Source: Opitutaceae bacterium
GTDB lineage: Bacteria > Verrucomicrobiota > Verrucomicrobiia > Opitutales > Coraliomargaritaceae
Direction of reading: 5' to 3'
DNA length: 64,000 bases
Assembly: GCA_051252375.1 (NCBI GenBank)
Contig: JBPOFY010000013.1
Span: 1 to 64,000, forward strand
Position 1 is the first letter of the stretch; every line of letters begins with the position of its first letter. A program made the position numbers and the translations under genes. The notes beneath the pieces are model-generated. The model did no database searches. It saw nothing but the letters and a program-made list of their open reading frames with translations, and was not told where the DNA came from. This document shows, piece after piece, positions 43,654-54,100 of the stretch.

Positions 43654-46457
43654 TTCTTCTCCTTGAATTTGTAGTTGGCGAAGGCTTCGGCGTTTACCGA
43701 GTTTTCTATGCCGTCGGGGAAGAGGGGGGCGAAGTCATCGTATTGTTCGCGCACGTCGGGGTTTGGCGGCCAGAAGATGCCGTCTTTGATCTGTTGAATG
43801 ATTGCCGCTGCGCAGTTTTCCGCGCTGTCGAGATGGCTGTCGGTGAAGTCTTCCCAGTTATTTATCTCAGAGCGCTCCAATGTGTTGCCTAAATTGAAAT
43901 AGGCGACTTTCGGTCGCTCTTCTCCCGCGACTCTTTGTGAAAGAGTGTAGAGCGGTAGTTGTAGGTCGATCCAGCGATAGCGCTTCTCGCCGTCTTCAAA
44001 AAATGCCTCTTCAGGTATGTGGGCAGGAGGTGCCTTTTTAGCAATTTTTGCTAAGTGAGCATCGCGAGGATGCTTGGGTTTGTCGGCTGTTTTGTAGTCG
44101 ATCAACTCTAGGCGTTCGTTGCGTCGGTCGATTCGGTCGATGGTTCCTTTGATCGTGATGCTATTAATGGCGCGCTCGAAAGGCATTTCTGTATTCAGTA
44201 TCTCACTACTTCCATTTTGTTGGATGTCTTCGATCTGCCGCTTGGCATACGCGGTGAGGCGTGCTATGAGTGCTTCATGTTGCAGGCGTAGCGCAAAAGA
44301 GAGTTGCTTGCCGAATTGATGTTGGATCTTTGCGTCGGCGATGGCGTGCACTTTTTTGATGAGATCCGCTTCTGAGCTATGTGCGATGTCTGCGGTTGTT
44401 AGTTCAGCGACGGTGTCGTGAAACAATGTCCCAAATGTGGCCGGTGTGAGTTCACGAGTTTCGACATCGATTGTGCGTAGCTTTAAAATGTGACGCAGGA
44501 AAAAACGGAAGGGGCATTCCAAATAACTTTTAAGCGCGCTGACAGATAAGGACTTTGGCAGCTCGATGTCGGCTGGTGGGTTTAGCCGCCAGGGGAGTGT
44601 GTGGCTGATGTGTGCATTCGCGGATTCGGTGGCTTGAAAGCATTGACGAGTGCGCGAGAGGAGGGTGTCTGCTCCGCCGAGAAAAAGTAGGCGTGACGGT
44701 TTGAGTGGTGTGCCGTCGGCAGCAGTCTGTGGGATTAGTAGATCGACTCTTCCGTTGTCTATCGCGCGCCTGCGGCAGAGGGCTTCCAGTAGGTAGGCAT
44801 CACGCGCAAAACGTTGTGCATTGGTGCGTAGTCCGAGCACTTCGCGAAGTGTCTCGGGCAGGAAGGCATCGCCGATTACCGAGTCGGGGACGATTGTTTC
44901 GTTCAGTCCCGCGAGGATCAAATACGGGGCGTCGTTCCAGAGCAATTCAAGCCAACCGAGTAAGTCGTGCGCTTCTTTTGGGCGGTCGGGGTAGACCTTG
45001 CCTTTGCTTAGGCTTTGGCGGAATGCTTCGCGACTGTAATCTGTGGGCAGTTTAGTGAAGTGCTCGTCAGTGGTTACACTCGCTTCGAGCTTTTGGCGAA
45101 TGGCGTCGGCGCTGTCTTTCCACGGGATGCTTTCGTGTGGCTGGCTCTCACTATTTTGAGCGCTGTAGATCGCTTGGAGTGTAGTTGAAAGGGTCGTGGC
45201 AAAACACGTCTTTGATTTCAGTGCCTTGGCAATGCCTTGGATTTGTTTGAGCGCCGCGACGAGCGTGTCGGCATCGCTGCGCCGACTGGCAAAGTGAATT
45301 ACCCCATCGAGATCGGGGACAAGGTGTTTTTCGAAAATACGATCGAGCTGACGTAGGAGCTCGTTTTGAGACGATTCATTGCCAAGCCAAAGTGTGATGT
45401 CTGGATGCTGTAGTAGCGAGCGAACTGTGCTCGTGCTTTCTTCAGTGGCGAGCTGGCAAAGCAACTCGGTAAGTCTCCCGGCGCGGCCATTGAGCAGGCG
45501 TTGACCTTCCGGATCGTAGCATGGGATGTCTGCAGTTTGGAGCGCATCGGCGACCGTAGGGCTGAGGTTTGGGTCTGCAATTCCTAGAAGCACGGCCTCC
45601 GGTGCTTGCTGTGCCATTAGCTTGGTAATGTGTGCGGCAGTCGCTTTAGGGTCGGCGAGTGTCGTAAAGTGACAGCCCCAATCTTCGAAATCTAATGCGC
45701 GGTGGATCCATGCCTCAGTTTGTGGGCGTCCCCAGTCGTCAAACTCTGCGTTGTCGCTGCCATATATCCAGACTTCGAGCGGTAAACTCTCCGCCGCACG
45801 TTCGAGTGCTTGTAGGGGGAGCGCTTGTGGATCTGGCGTGGCGGCGAGAATGATGCGCTGAATGCCATCTGGGGCAGTGTAGCTCAGCGCGGCATCTCGT
45901 CTGGCCTGCTTAGGATCTTTTAAGCCGCGGTGTTTGAGTTGGTCGATGTAGAGATTTTCGAGCCTGGCAAGTTGACGCCAGCGTTCGGTCTCATGCCCCG
46001 CTTCAGCAGCCCCCTCGGCGGCACGGTTGATATCGAGACCCGCTTCTCCGAGTTCTGTTCGCAGCTGTGTGAGGCGCTGCGCCATTCCGAGCTTCCAACC
46101 AATGCTCGGCGTTGGTGCGATAGGGAAGAGGGCTTTAAAGTGCTCAAAGTCGATTTGGTCGAGCACGCTCACCCATGCGGCGCAGACGGATTCTTCGCTA
46201 GCGATTGGCTCATGCTTGATGGCCACTGCCAAAAGCAGATCGGGCGTGACGATTTCGGGTGGGAAAAGACCGCGCCCTGATTCTGCTAGCTCAAGGGCGA
46301 GTGCTTCGAGCAGTCGGCGCCGTGCCTGTTTGGTCGGCACGATGACCAGTAGGTGGCTTAAATCGACGAATTCGCCCTGTGCGTCAGCGAGCAGGCGCTG
46401 TGTAACAGCGGGGAGTAGGGGGAGATTCCAATCGAGATAGACCTGGGTGCGACTCAT
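43629..46457 (-). CDS. addB: AddB-like protein with C-terminal PD-(D/E)XK nuclease domain
   Basis: VPTKQARRRL, LSVSALKSYLECPFRF, GTIDRIDR..LIDYKT, DLQLPLY; upstream of addA. Confidence 0.8.
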   Translation of the reverse strand: MSRTQVYLDWNLPLLPAVTQRLLADAQGEFVDLSHLLVIVPTKQARRRLLEALALELAESGRGLFPPEIVTPDLLLAVAIKHEPIASEESVCAAWVSVLDQIDFEHFKALFPIAPTPSIGWKLGMAQRLTQLRTELGEAGLDINRAAEGAAEAGHETERWRQLARLENLYIDQLKHRGLKDPKQARRDAALSYTAPDGIQRIILAATPDPQALPLQALERAAESLPLEVWIYGSDNAEFDDWGRPQTEAWIHRALDFEDWGCHFTTLADPKATAAHITKLMAQQAPEAVLLGIADPNLSPTVADALQTADIPCYDPEGQRLLNGRAGRLTELLCQLATEESTSTVRSLLQHPDITLWLGNESSQNELLRQLDRIFEKHLVPDLDGVIHFASRRSDADTLVAALKQIQGIAKALKSKTCFATTLSTTLQAIYSAQNSESQPHESIPWKDSADAIRQKLEASVTTDEHFTKLPTDYSREAFRQSLSKGKVYPDRPKEAHDLLGWLELLWNDAPYLILAGLNETIVPDSVIGDAFLPETLREVLGLRTNAQRFARDAYLLEALCRRRAIDNGRVDLLIPQTAADGTPLKPSRLLFLGGADTLLSRTRQCFQATESANAHISHTLPWRLNPPADIELPKSLSVSALKSYLECPFRFFLRHILKLRTIDVETRELTPATFGTLFHDTVAELTTADIAHSSEADLIKKVHAIADAKIQHQFGKQLSFALRLQHEALIARLTAYAKRQIEDIQQNGSSEILNTEMPFERAINSITIKGTIDRIDRRNERLELIDYKTADKPKHPRDAHLAKIAKKAPPAHIPEEAFFEDGEKRYRWIDLQLPLYTLSQRVAGEERPKVAYFNLGNTLERSEINNWEDFTDSHLDSAENCAAAIIQQIKDGIFWPPNPDVREQYDDFAPLFPDGIENSVNAEAFANYKFKEKKAESFLTE

Positions 46458-46517
46458 GTAAGCGTGAGCTTAGGCATATTCGGTCGAAGCAAAATCTTAA
46501 ATTGTAGAAACGGGGAT

Positions 46518-46889
46518 TTATTTACCGAAGAGCGTGCCTGCTATGCGCCAGTTGAGTAAGCATTCGAGTGCTAGATATTGATAGATCGCAACGATCGACC
46601 AATAAACGAAGCGATAACTTCGTTTGGATGTTTTATGCCGTAGTGTTTCTTGTGCGATGTAAGCCGCTGGCCAACCTCCGATAAACTCCAGCAAGTGGAG
46701 CACTTTTTCTGCAATACGGGGACCGCTCTTTTCAGCCTGACGTTTATCATACCAATAAAATCCGTAGGTGACCAATGAAACGATGACTAGATAGCCCACC
46801 AATATATACCATATGATATGCTCAAATGACTTCACAAAAGCCACGCTAGGGAGTGCGATGAGTAACAGAAAGAGGAGGGACTTATTCAT
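46518..46889 (-). CDS. DUF1294 membrane protein
   Basis: YWYDKRQA, RIAEKVLHLLEFIGGWPAA, RHKTSK; start moved to ATG 46889. Confidence 0.85.
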   Translation of the reverse strand: MNKSLLFLLLIALPSVAFVKSFEHIIWYILVGYLVIVSLVTYGFYWYDKRQAEKSGPRIAEKVLHLLEFIGGWPAAYIAQETLRHKTSKRSYRFVYWSIVAIYQYLALECLLNWRIAGTLFGK

Positions 46890-46922
46890 CGAGTGGGGAG
46901 TTGTATGAAATATATTGTAGAT

Positions 46923-46988
46923 GTAGCCACGGCAGTCTCCTGCCGTGTTTATAGCTCCTAGGAACACGTCACAGAGTGACGTGGCTAC
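46923..46988. repeat. GTAG REP pair (REPIN-like)
   Basis: GTAGCCACGGCAGTCTCCTGCCGTG ... CACGTCACAGAGTGACGTGGCTAC; 29 bp identical (reverse complement) to 34287-34315. Confidence 0.85.
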
Positions 46989-47023
46989 AGCGTAAGTCGA
47001 ATATAAGCGTCCAGCCGAGGCTG

Positions 47024-47332
47024 CTACGTCAGATCCGATAGAATCTCGCGAAGTTCGGCTGCGGGGTCGTCGTGGTGCTGCTCGACTGCGAGTTTGAGCG
47101 CGTGTTCAAGGATGGGCTTAGCGTCTTCGTTGTGACCGTGCTGTAGAAGTGCTTTACCTAGGAGAATACGTGGCAGCATCCAATCTTCACGCGAATCGGC
47201 GCAACGCTGTAGGTGGGGGATGGCATCTTCGGTGGCACCTTCATCGTAGAGCGCTTGTCCGAGGCTGAATCGAAAAAGCATGTTGTCCGGCTTTGCTTCT
47301 ACTTTAGGTCCAAAAATCTCAGATTTTTTCAT
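47024..47332 (-). CDS. Small TPR protein
   Basis: RFSLGQALY..A...L, ILLGKALL..G..EDA helical repeats. Confidence 0.75.
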   Translation of the reverse strand: MKKSEIFGPKVEAKPDNMLFRFSLGQALYDEGATEDAIPHLQRCADSREDWMLPRILLGKALLQHGHNEDAKPILEHALKLAVEQHHDDPAAELREILSDLT

Positions 47333-47333
47333 A

Positions 47334-48050
47334 TTACTCAATGATGAGGACGATCAGCGTAATGTTGTCAGGGCCACCGGCTGCATTTGCATCTTCAATT
47401 AGTCGCTTTGTGATGACGTCCGGTTGGTTGCCATCGGAGAGCATGCTTTGAATGGTCGCTTCGCTGAGCACTTTGTTGAGACCGTCCGTGCAGAGTAAGA
47501 GGCGGTCTCCTGATTGTAAACTAAGGCGAGTTTGATCGACTCGGAGCTCCTTGTCTTGCCCAACACAGCGAGTTAAGGTGTGCGGATACTCTGGTGGCAT
47601 GGCCGACCTCGCTTCTTCACCCATGCGCTCGATGAATTCCTGCTCCATCGTGTGGTCGATCGTTACTTTATTAAATTCACCATTGCGCAATAGATAGAGC
47701 GCTGAGTCGCCGACGTGGGCAATGAGGCATTGATCTTTGATGATCTGGCTGATGGTGAGTGTGCTACCTGAGCCAGTGAAAGGGTGGGCGAGCAGACCCT
47801 CATCGGTCACAATTCGATTAATACCGATGATGAGTTCAGCCAGATCGACGCGTTCTTCAGCGGCATCCACTTTGTTAAAAGTCTTTGCGAGTAATTCAAC
47901 GATACGACTGCTGGATTCGGCTCCACCCGGAAGACCGCCGAGACCATCTGCCACGGCGAAGACATTATGATCCTCATCAATAAAGAGCGCGTCTTCGTTG
48001 ATGGGACGGGTCATACCGCGGTCTGTCATGCCGTGTGTGTGGATTTGCAT
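47334..48050 (-). CDS. PP2C-family Ser/Thr phosphatase
   Basis: NED, VADGLGG, HVGDS, LLCTDGL, GGPDNIT. Confidence 0.92.
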   Translation of the reverse strand: MQIHTHGMTDRGMTRPINEDALFIDEDHNVFAVADGLGGLPGGAESSSRIVELLAKTFNKVDAAEERVDLAELIIGINRIVTDEGLLAHPFTGSGSTLTISQIIKDQCLIAHVGDSALYLLRNGEFNKVTIDHTMEQEFIERMGEEARSAMPPEYPHTLTRCVGQDKELRVDQTRLSLQSGDRLLLCTDGLNKVLSEATIQSMLSDGNQPDVITKRLIEDANAAGGPDNITLIVLIIE

Positions 48051-48089
48051 CAGTCAAATATGAAGACTCTTCAGTGAGAAGGTCTAACC

Positions 48090-50156
48090 TTAAAACACGT
48101 CTGTGCGATTTTCCCGGTTAAAGCGTTGATAATCTTTTACGGGTAAAGCCTCAATAAAACGCGTTCCATAGGGCTTAGTCACGATACGTGAATCGAGAAT
48201 AACGATATTCCCCGTGTCTTCGTGGCGGCGAATTAGGCGACCCATACCTTGGCGAAATTTCACCAAAGCATCCGGAATCGTCATTTCCGCGAAGGGATTG
48301 CCGCCGCGCTCGCTGATGTATTCGCTGCGGGCTTCCATTACGGGGTGGTTTGGGTTCTCGAACGGGAGGCGTGCAATAATCACCTGGGAGAGGGCGGGTC
48401 CTGGCACATCGACCCCCGTCCAAAAGCTGTCAGTTCCAAATAGCACACCATTACCTGCAGTGGCAAATTGCTGCGTCAACTCTGTGCGCGCAAAGCCATG
48501 ACCTTGGCAGAAGAGTGGGCGATTGATTTTTTTGAAAAATGCTTCCGAGCGCTCGCGCACTTGGCGTAGGTCAAAATGGCTGGTGAATAACACAAGGGTG
48601 CCGCCTTCGACGCGGCGACTGCACCAGCAGATCATATTGGCGAGATAGTCGAGGTCGAGTCGACCTTGGCCCGGTTCCGGCAAGGGCGAATCGGTTGCGA
48701 TGTAGATCTTGCAGTTCTCCTTGTAGTTGAACGGTGAATACTCGATCTGTGCCTCGGCGGCTTCGGCGCCGGCTTTTTCTTGAAAGGTGTCGAGGCTCGA
48801 ACCATCTGAAAGTGTCGCGCTGGTCAGCACGGCGGCGGTGCCGCGCTGGAAAATGTGCTTTCGTAAATAAGGCGCCACGTCGAGCGGAGCGCTGCGAAGT
48901 GTCACGATTTGACCTTTCTTGCCGCCGCGTTCCAACCACTGCACGTGATCGTCCTCGGCAAATGTGATGAACGCATTGATCGCGTCGCGATAACCCATTA
49001 CGCGGCGACGATGATCACGTAGCTCATCCTGCACACGCTCGTCGTCGCTTTTTTGTATGATCGCCCCGAGGCGCTCAGCGACTTCTTTTAGCGGGCCTGA
49101 GATGATGTTGTCGCAAAAGTCGGGGTCGTGGAGTCGCAGGATCGGTTTCTTTGCTAGGAAGGTGTCTGCCAAATAAGCAAAAAACTCGTGCGCCGCACCG
49201 AGTGCGTTGTCGACCGCATCGTGATCCCACTTTTGCCCGTGCTTACGAAGTATGCCACGATTGGTGCGTGGGTTGTAGATGCGCTTGAGGGCACGATCCA
49301 CCGCGTAAGAACTGATGTTTGCGCCGAAGTGATCAGTCGCAATCGCGGGTATGCGATGCGCTTCGTCGAGCACGACAAAGTCGTCAGCGAGTAAGATGCC
49401 CTTGGCGTTGTCGGTAGGCGGCATGCCTGCGTTGATCAAAGCGAAGAGCAAGCTATGATTCACGATCACGCAGTTGGCGGACATCAGCTGTTTGCGCGCA
49501 CGTTGGTAAAAGCAAGTGTTTGGGTCGCAGTTTTTCCGTGAGCAGGTTGAGCTGTCAGCGTTTACATTGTCCCAGACTTCCGGTCGCGGGGGCGGTGACA
49601 GTTCTTGAACTAGACCGTTCGGGCTCGTGGCGGACCATTGAGCGAGGCGGATGAGTTCTGCCCTTTCCTCATTGGCGAGGAGTTCGGTTTGCTTGCTCGA
49701 CTGTGCGTCTTTGAGCGCATTGCTCAGGCGCGTGCTACAGCAGTAGTTGCCTTTGCCCACCATGAGCGCGGTTTTGAAAGCCGCGAAGCGATGCAGTTCG
49801 GGAACTGCTTTAAATAAAGTGCGGCAGATCTTGAGGTCTTTTTCTCTGATTTGCTCTTGGAGACTAATCGTGTGGCTAGAAATGATGAATGGTCGCTCAG
49901 TTTCGATCGAATGAATGATTCCGGGAATCAGGTAGGCGAGGCTTTTGCCGACACCGGTGCCCGCTTCGAAAAGCAGCGGTTGATCGCCTTCCAGAGCAGC
50001 TGCCGTGGCGATCGCCATCGCGGCTTGCTCTGGTCGATGATCGAGTTGCAAAGCCGTTTGCAAGTGCCCGCCTTCGTTAAAAACGGACTCAACCAGCGCA
50101 ATGAGATAACCCGCCTTGCGGGGGGCTGCGCCTGAGCTTTCGATAAGTCCGATCAT
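48090..50156 (-). CDS. DinG/YoaA family ATP-dependent helicase
   Basis: EAGTGVGKS, Fe-S cysteines, DEAH, SATL, FWTGVDVPG, QGMGRLIR. Confidence 0.92.
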   Translation of the reverse strand: MIGLIESSGAAPRKAGYLIALVESVFNEGGHLQTALQLDHRPEQAAMAIATAAALEGDQPLLFEAGTGVGKSLAYLIPGIIHSIETERPFIISSHTISLQEQIREKDLKICRTLFKAVPELHRFAAFKTALMVGKGNYCCSTRLSNALKDAQSSKQTELLANEERAELIRLAQWSATSPNGLVQELSPPPRPEVWDNVNADSSTCSRKNCDPNTCFYQRARKQLMSANCVIVNHSLLFALINAGMPPTDNAKGILLADDFVVLDEAHRIPAIATDHFGANISSYAVDRALKRIYNPRTNRGILRKHGQKWDHDAVDNALGAAHEFFAYLADTFLAKKPILRLHDPDFCDNIISGPLKEVAERLGAIIQKSDDERVQDELRDHRRRVMGYRDAINAFITFAEDDHVQWLERGGKKGQIVTLRSAPLDVAPYLRKHIFQRGTAAVLTSATLSDGSSLDTFQEKAGAEAAEAQIEYSPFNYKENCKIYIATDSPLPEPGQGRLDLDYLANMICWCSRRVEGGTLVLFTSHFDLRQVRERSEAFFKKINRPLFCQGHGFARTELTQQFATAGNGVLFGTDSFWTGVDVPGPALSQVIIARLPFENPNHPVMEARSEYISERGGNPFAEMTIPDALVKFRQGMGRLIRRHEDTGNIVILDSRIVTKPYGTRFIEALPVKDYQRFNRENRTDVF

Positions 50157-50283
50157 GGTTCTTAATGTGTGTTTGTAGCAAAATAAGCAGATGAACAGGT
50201 TTTCACTGTCTTGTGAAGTCCTGATGCCTATAAAATAGGCTCTATAGTTGTGCTCTATTGAATGTCCTGCTTTGAATTAAATT

Positions 50284-51024
50284 ATGACTATTGAGCCCGA
50301 TACTTTCGTCGATTTACCAAACGCGAGTGGACCAATGCGCACGCATTTGTTTATTCCAACAGGTGGGGGGCGGCATCCCGCAGTCATCTTCTATTCTGAG
50401 ATCTATCAGATGACCGGGCCAATACGTCGGATGGCTGCGGCATTGGCGGGGCATGGCTATCTTGTCGCAGTGCCGGAAGTGTATCATGAGTTTGAGGCGC
50501 CGGGCACGGTGTTGGAATACGATCAAGAAGGCACAGAACGCGGCAACGAGCTGAAGTTTACCAAGGAGCTCACTTCTTCAGATGAAGATGCGGCAGTGCT
50601 TTCAACCTATCTGGCGCAGCATCCGCGCAGCACGGGTAAGGTCGGCAGTTTTGGGGTCTGCCTCGGTGGTCACTTAGCGGTGCGTGCAGGTTTTCAACCT
50701 GCAGTTTCGGCGGTTGGAGCCTTTTATCCTACGGATATTCACTCTGGCACGCTCGGTTTAGGGAAATGTGACGACACCTTGGCTCGGTTCGAAGGAGTCA
50801 AGACACCCTTCATGTTTGTCTGGGGTCGACAGGACCCGCATGTGCCACTGGAAGGTCGACGCAAAATTGCCGCACGTCTTGAAGAAGTGGGGGCGGATTT
50901 TGAGTGGCATGAGTTCAATGCCGCTCACGCGTTCCTGAGGGATGAGGGGCCGCGCTACAATCCAGACGTCGCTCGTTTGTGTATGGATCTCTTGCTGCGT
51001 TTTTTTGGTGAGAAGTTGCGTTAA
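50284..51024 (+). CDS. Dienelactone hydrolase family protein
   Basis: SEIY, GVCLGG, QDPH, AHAF. Confidence 0.9.
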   Translation: MTIEPDTFVDLPNASGPMRTHLFIPTGGGRHPAVIFYSEIYQMTGPIRRMAAALAGHGYLVAVPEVYHEFEAPGTVLEYDQEGTERGNELKFTKELTSSDEDAAVLSTYLAQHPRSTGKVGSFGVCLGGHLAVRAGFQPAVSAVGAFYPTDIHSGTLGLGKCDDTLARFEGVKTPFMFVWGRQDPHVPLEGRRKIAARLEEVGADFEWHEFNAAHAFLRDEGPRYNPDVARLCMDLLLRFFGEKLR

Positions 51025-51146
51025 CTCAGGGCGGGTGATTTAACCGCAGAGTGTTATCGAGTTACTAGTGGATTGTTCCTCGCTGCGACTCTTGCTCAAG
51101 GTTGGGGCAAAATAATTACTGATCAGATGAGTTATTGAAGCCGACC

Positions 51147-54100
51147 TTATGGTGTCGATATGCGCAGGAAGTATTCTGGACTTGCCGTGGTTACTTTGAT
51201 GCGAACTCGGCTTAGACCGGGCTTCTCGACGACGGGGTCGCTTGATTCGATGGTGTAATCGACGTTGAGAGTTAATGGGGCAAAGCCGGAGACGAGACTG
51301 GTGCTGCCTTCGACAATGTAGTCGACGTCGGCGGTCAGTGAATCGCGGATAATCCACTCGAAGTAGTAGCCGTCGATGGGCAGGGGAGCGGCACCTTCAA
51401 GAACAAATCGTTCGCTTCCATCGAGTGGGTTGGTGTCGCCCCAGTATTCGAAGAGTTCGACGGTGCCGTCGTGATCGCTGTCGCCCAAGGCGTTGATCGC
51501 GGACGAGCCGAGCTTCGCCAATGCCCACTCGTCGGCTACGCCGTCGCCTTGACTATCGTCGTTGGGGACATCGCTCACTTCAATCGGGATGGCTGCGGAT
51601 GCGCTGCCAGGGTTTGCAGGGAAACCATCAGTCACTTGTATGGTGAGACTGTGCGAGGTGTTTCCGGCTTCGTAGTCGGGAGCGGTTAGCGAGAGGCTGA
51701 TTTCGCCGGTATTGGCATCAATGGTGAAGAGGCCGTCCTCATTGCCCGCGATGATGGAGTAGGTGAGTGTGCCACGATCGACGAGCGGTGCGTCAGGGTC
51801 ATTCGCGTCGGGACTTCCCACGGAGCTGCTTGCGGCGCTGTTCTCGGCGATGGTCAAGGTCGAGACCGGCGCGCTGATGGTCGGCGCGGCGTTGGCGTAA
51901 TTTAGGATCCAATCGGTTAAGAGAGCGACGCCTTCTTGGTCGATGACGCTGGTGGCCAGCGGCGGCATTCTGAGGTAGCCGTTGGCTGCGGCGGCGCGAT
52001 TGAGGATGATTGAATTGGCGGTGTCGCCGGGAATGATGTGGCGATCCGTTTCATCGATTACTTGTGCGCCGATGGCTTCGCCGTGCAGGAGGTTGGTGGC
52101 CTCGATACTTAGTGCGGGCTCCCCGCTCCATGAACCAGGGACGGCATTATTGCCATCGTAGTGACAGTAGGAGCAGTTGACGGCCAAGTAGGAACGCACC
52201 CGTTCTTCAAGGTCGATGGCAGCTTCGTCCAGTTCGTAATACTTCGGAAGTGTCGCGGGGTCTACGCCCGGATCGCTGAGATAGCCGGCATTATGTAGCA
52301 GGGTGAGGAAGTTGCCGGAGATTTCTTCGAGTGTGCCGTCATGGTTGAGTTGTCGGGTGCTAAAGCCGAGGACGGCTCCGTTGTCAGGCGTGTGGCAGGC
52401 AACACATTCACCTCGCGAGGGTATGCGCCATTGCTGGATTCTAGTGGCGCCGCCTGGGTCGGTAATTTCTAGGCCCAGATCGACCCCTTCGTCTGGGACG
52501 AGCGTCGCTTCCGTTTCCAGTTCGTTCCATTGATAAGTGAGCGCATAGTAATCGCCCTCGGTCTTGACCAAGAAGCGGGTCTCGATGCGCTTGATATCTG
52601 TTCCTGGATTATCGAGATCTAGGTCCATTTCAAAGTGCTTCATCCAAATGGAACCAGCGGGGAAGCCCCATGGCTCGTTGAGCGAATAAGTCATCGGTCC
52701 AGTTGTATCGACCATGTTAAAGTAACGGCTCTTGATCGCATTGTCCGACCAGAAGCTTAGGTTCACGTCGTAGGGATGCATGGCGTCATTGACCGCAAAG
52801 TTCTGCACATCCGTGAACGCGCCTGTCGCGGAGAGGGTTAACGGAATGCCAGCTTCACTGTCGTTGGTTGAATAGGAGATGGTGCGAATGGTGCCGGTAA
52901 AGTAATCTGCCATCAAAACCTCGCCCGTGGTTGGGTGTGCAATCATGCTCACAATGCCAGCTTGATTGCCGAGCTTTTCGATGGAACTTACATTGTAGGA
53001 ATCAAAGTCAAAGACGCCTCCGATAGTTTCTGTGACCATGCCGGTGCTATCCATATCGTATAAGCCGCCACCGATGTCCACGCGTTGCGCGTATTGGAAG
53101 TCACTGTGGTCGGTGCGGTGAAAAGCCCAGATGTCGCCACGGTTGAAGTCGCACATGATGTAGGCTCCGTTCAATGCAGGAATCTCAGAGGACAGATAAA
53201 AATCTCCACCGATAATCGATTTATTGTTGGAGCCGCTATTGCTATCCGTGACGTCGTATTGAACGACCGGCTGCACGTAATCCACTCCGGCAGGCGGAGG
53301 GAAATTGTAGTCTGTTTGGAATGGAGGGTCCGTTGCGTCGGTGCCTTCGAAGATTCTCCAGCCCACATTGCCGCCTTTCGGGACGATGCAATATTTCTCA
53401 GGCCCGGCGTTGGCTACGTCGATCGCCCAGAGCGTGGCGCCGCCGGGAACCAATGCATCTGGCACGAAGCCAATCTTCCATGGATTGCGGAAGCCGATAG
53501 CATACATCTCGGTGCGAACGTGTGCCGTCTCGGTCGCTCGTCCGTAGGCTGAGCTCACGCCGCTACCGTCGGCTGCGGTCTGATCGACGAAGGGGTTGTC
53601 GGCTGGGATGGAGTAGTAGGCCTTGCCCTGTCCATCGAGTGGGATGGTTAAGTTGAAGCTTGGTTCGAGATCGCTGGTGCCGTCGTTGGGCAGGTTCGGC
53701 TCGTAGTTGCTCGGATCTTTATCGACATCGATTCGAAGGATGGAGGACCATAAACCTTCGTCGATAGTTTGTGAAACGAGTGTGGCGTCAGCTCCGTCAC
53801 CATCCTGTTTGCCGTCGCCGACGGCAATGTAGAGATATCCGTCCGGTCCGAAGAGAAGACGGTTAAAGCCGTGGGAGCGGTGGTAGTTTTCTTCGATCAA
53901 GACGACCTCGGTATTGTTATCAACCAGACTGATGTTGGTCGGATCGGTGACCGTGAAACGGGAGACCCGCGTCCACTGGCCGCTGTAGCTCGGGTAGGTG
54001 ACATAAATATAACCGTTGTTGGCAAAGTCAGGATGGAAGGCGATGCCTCCCATCGCGTTGAAAGTCTGATTCGTGTTCACGGACGAACGGTCCAGCACTT

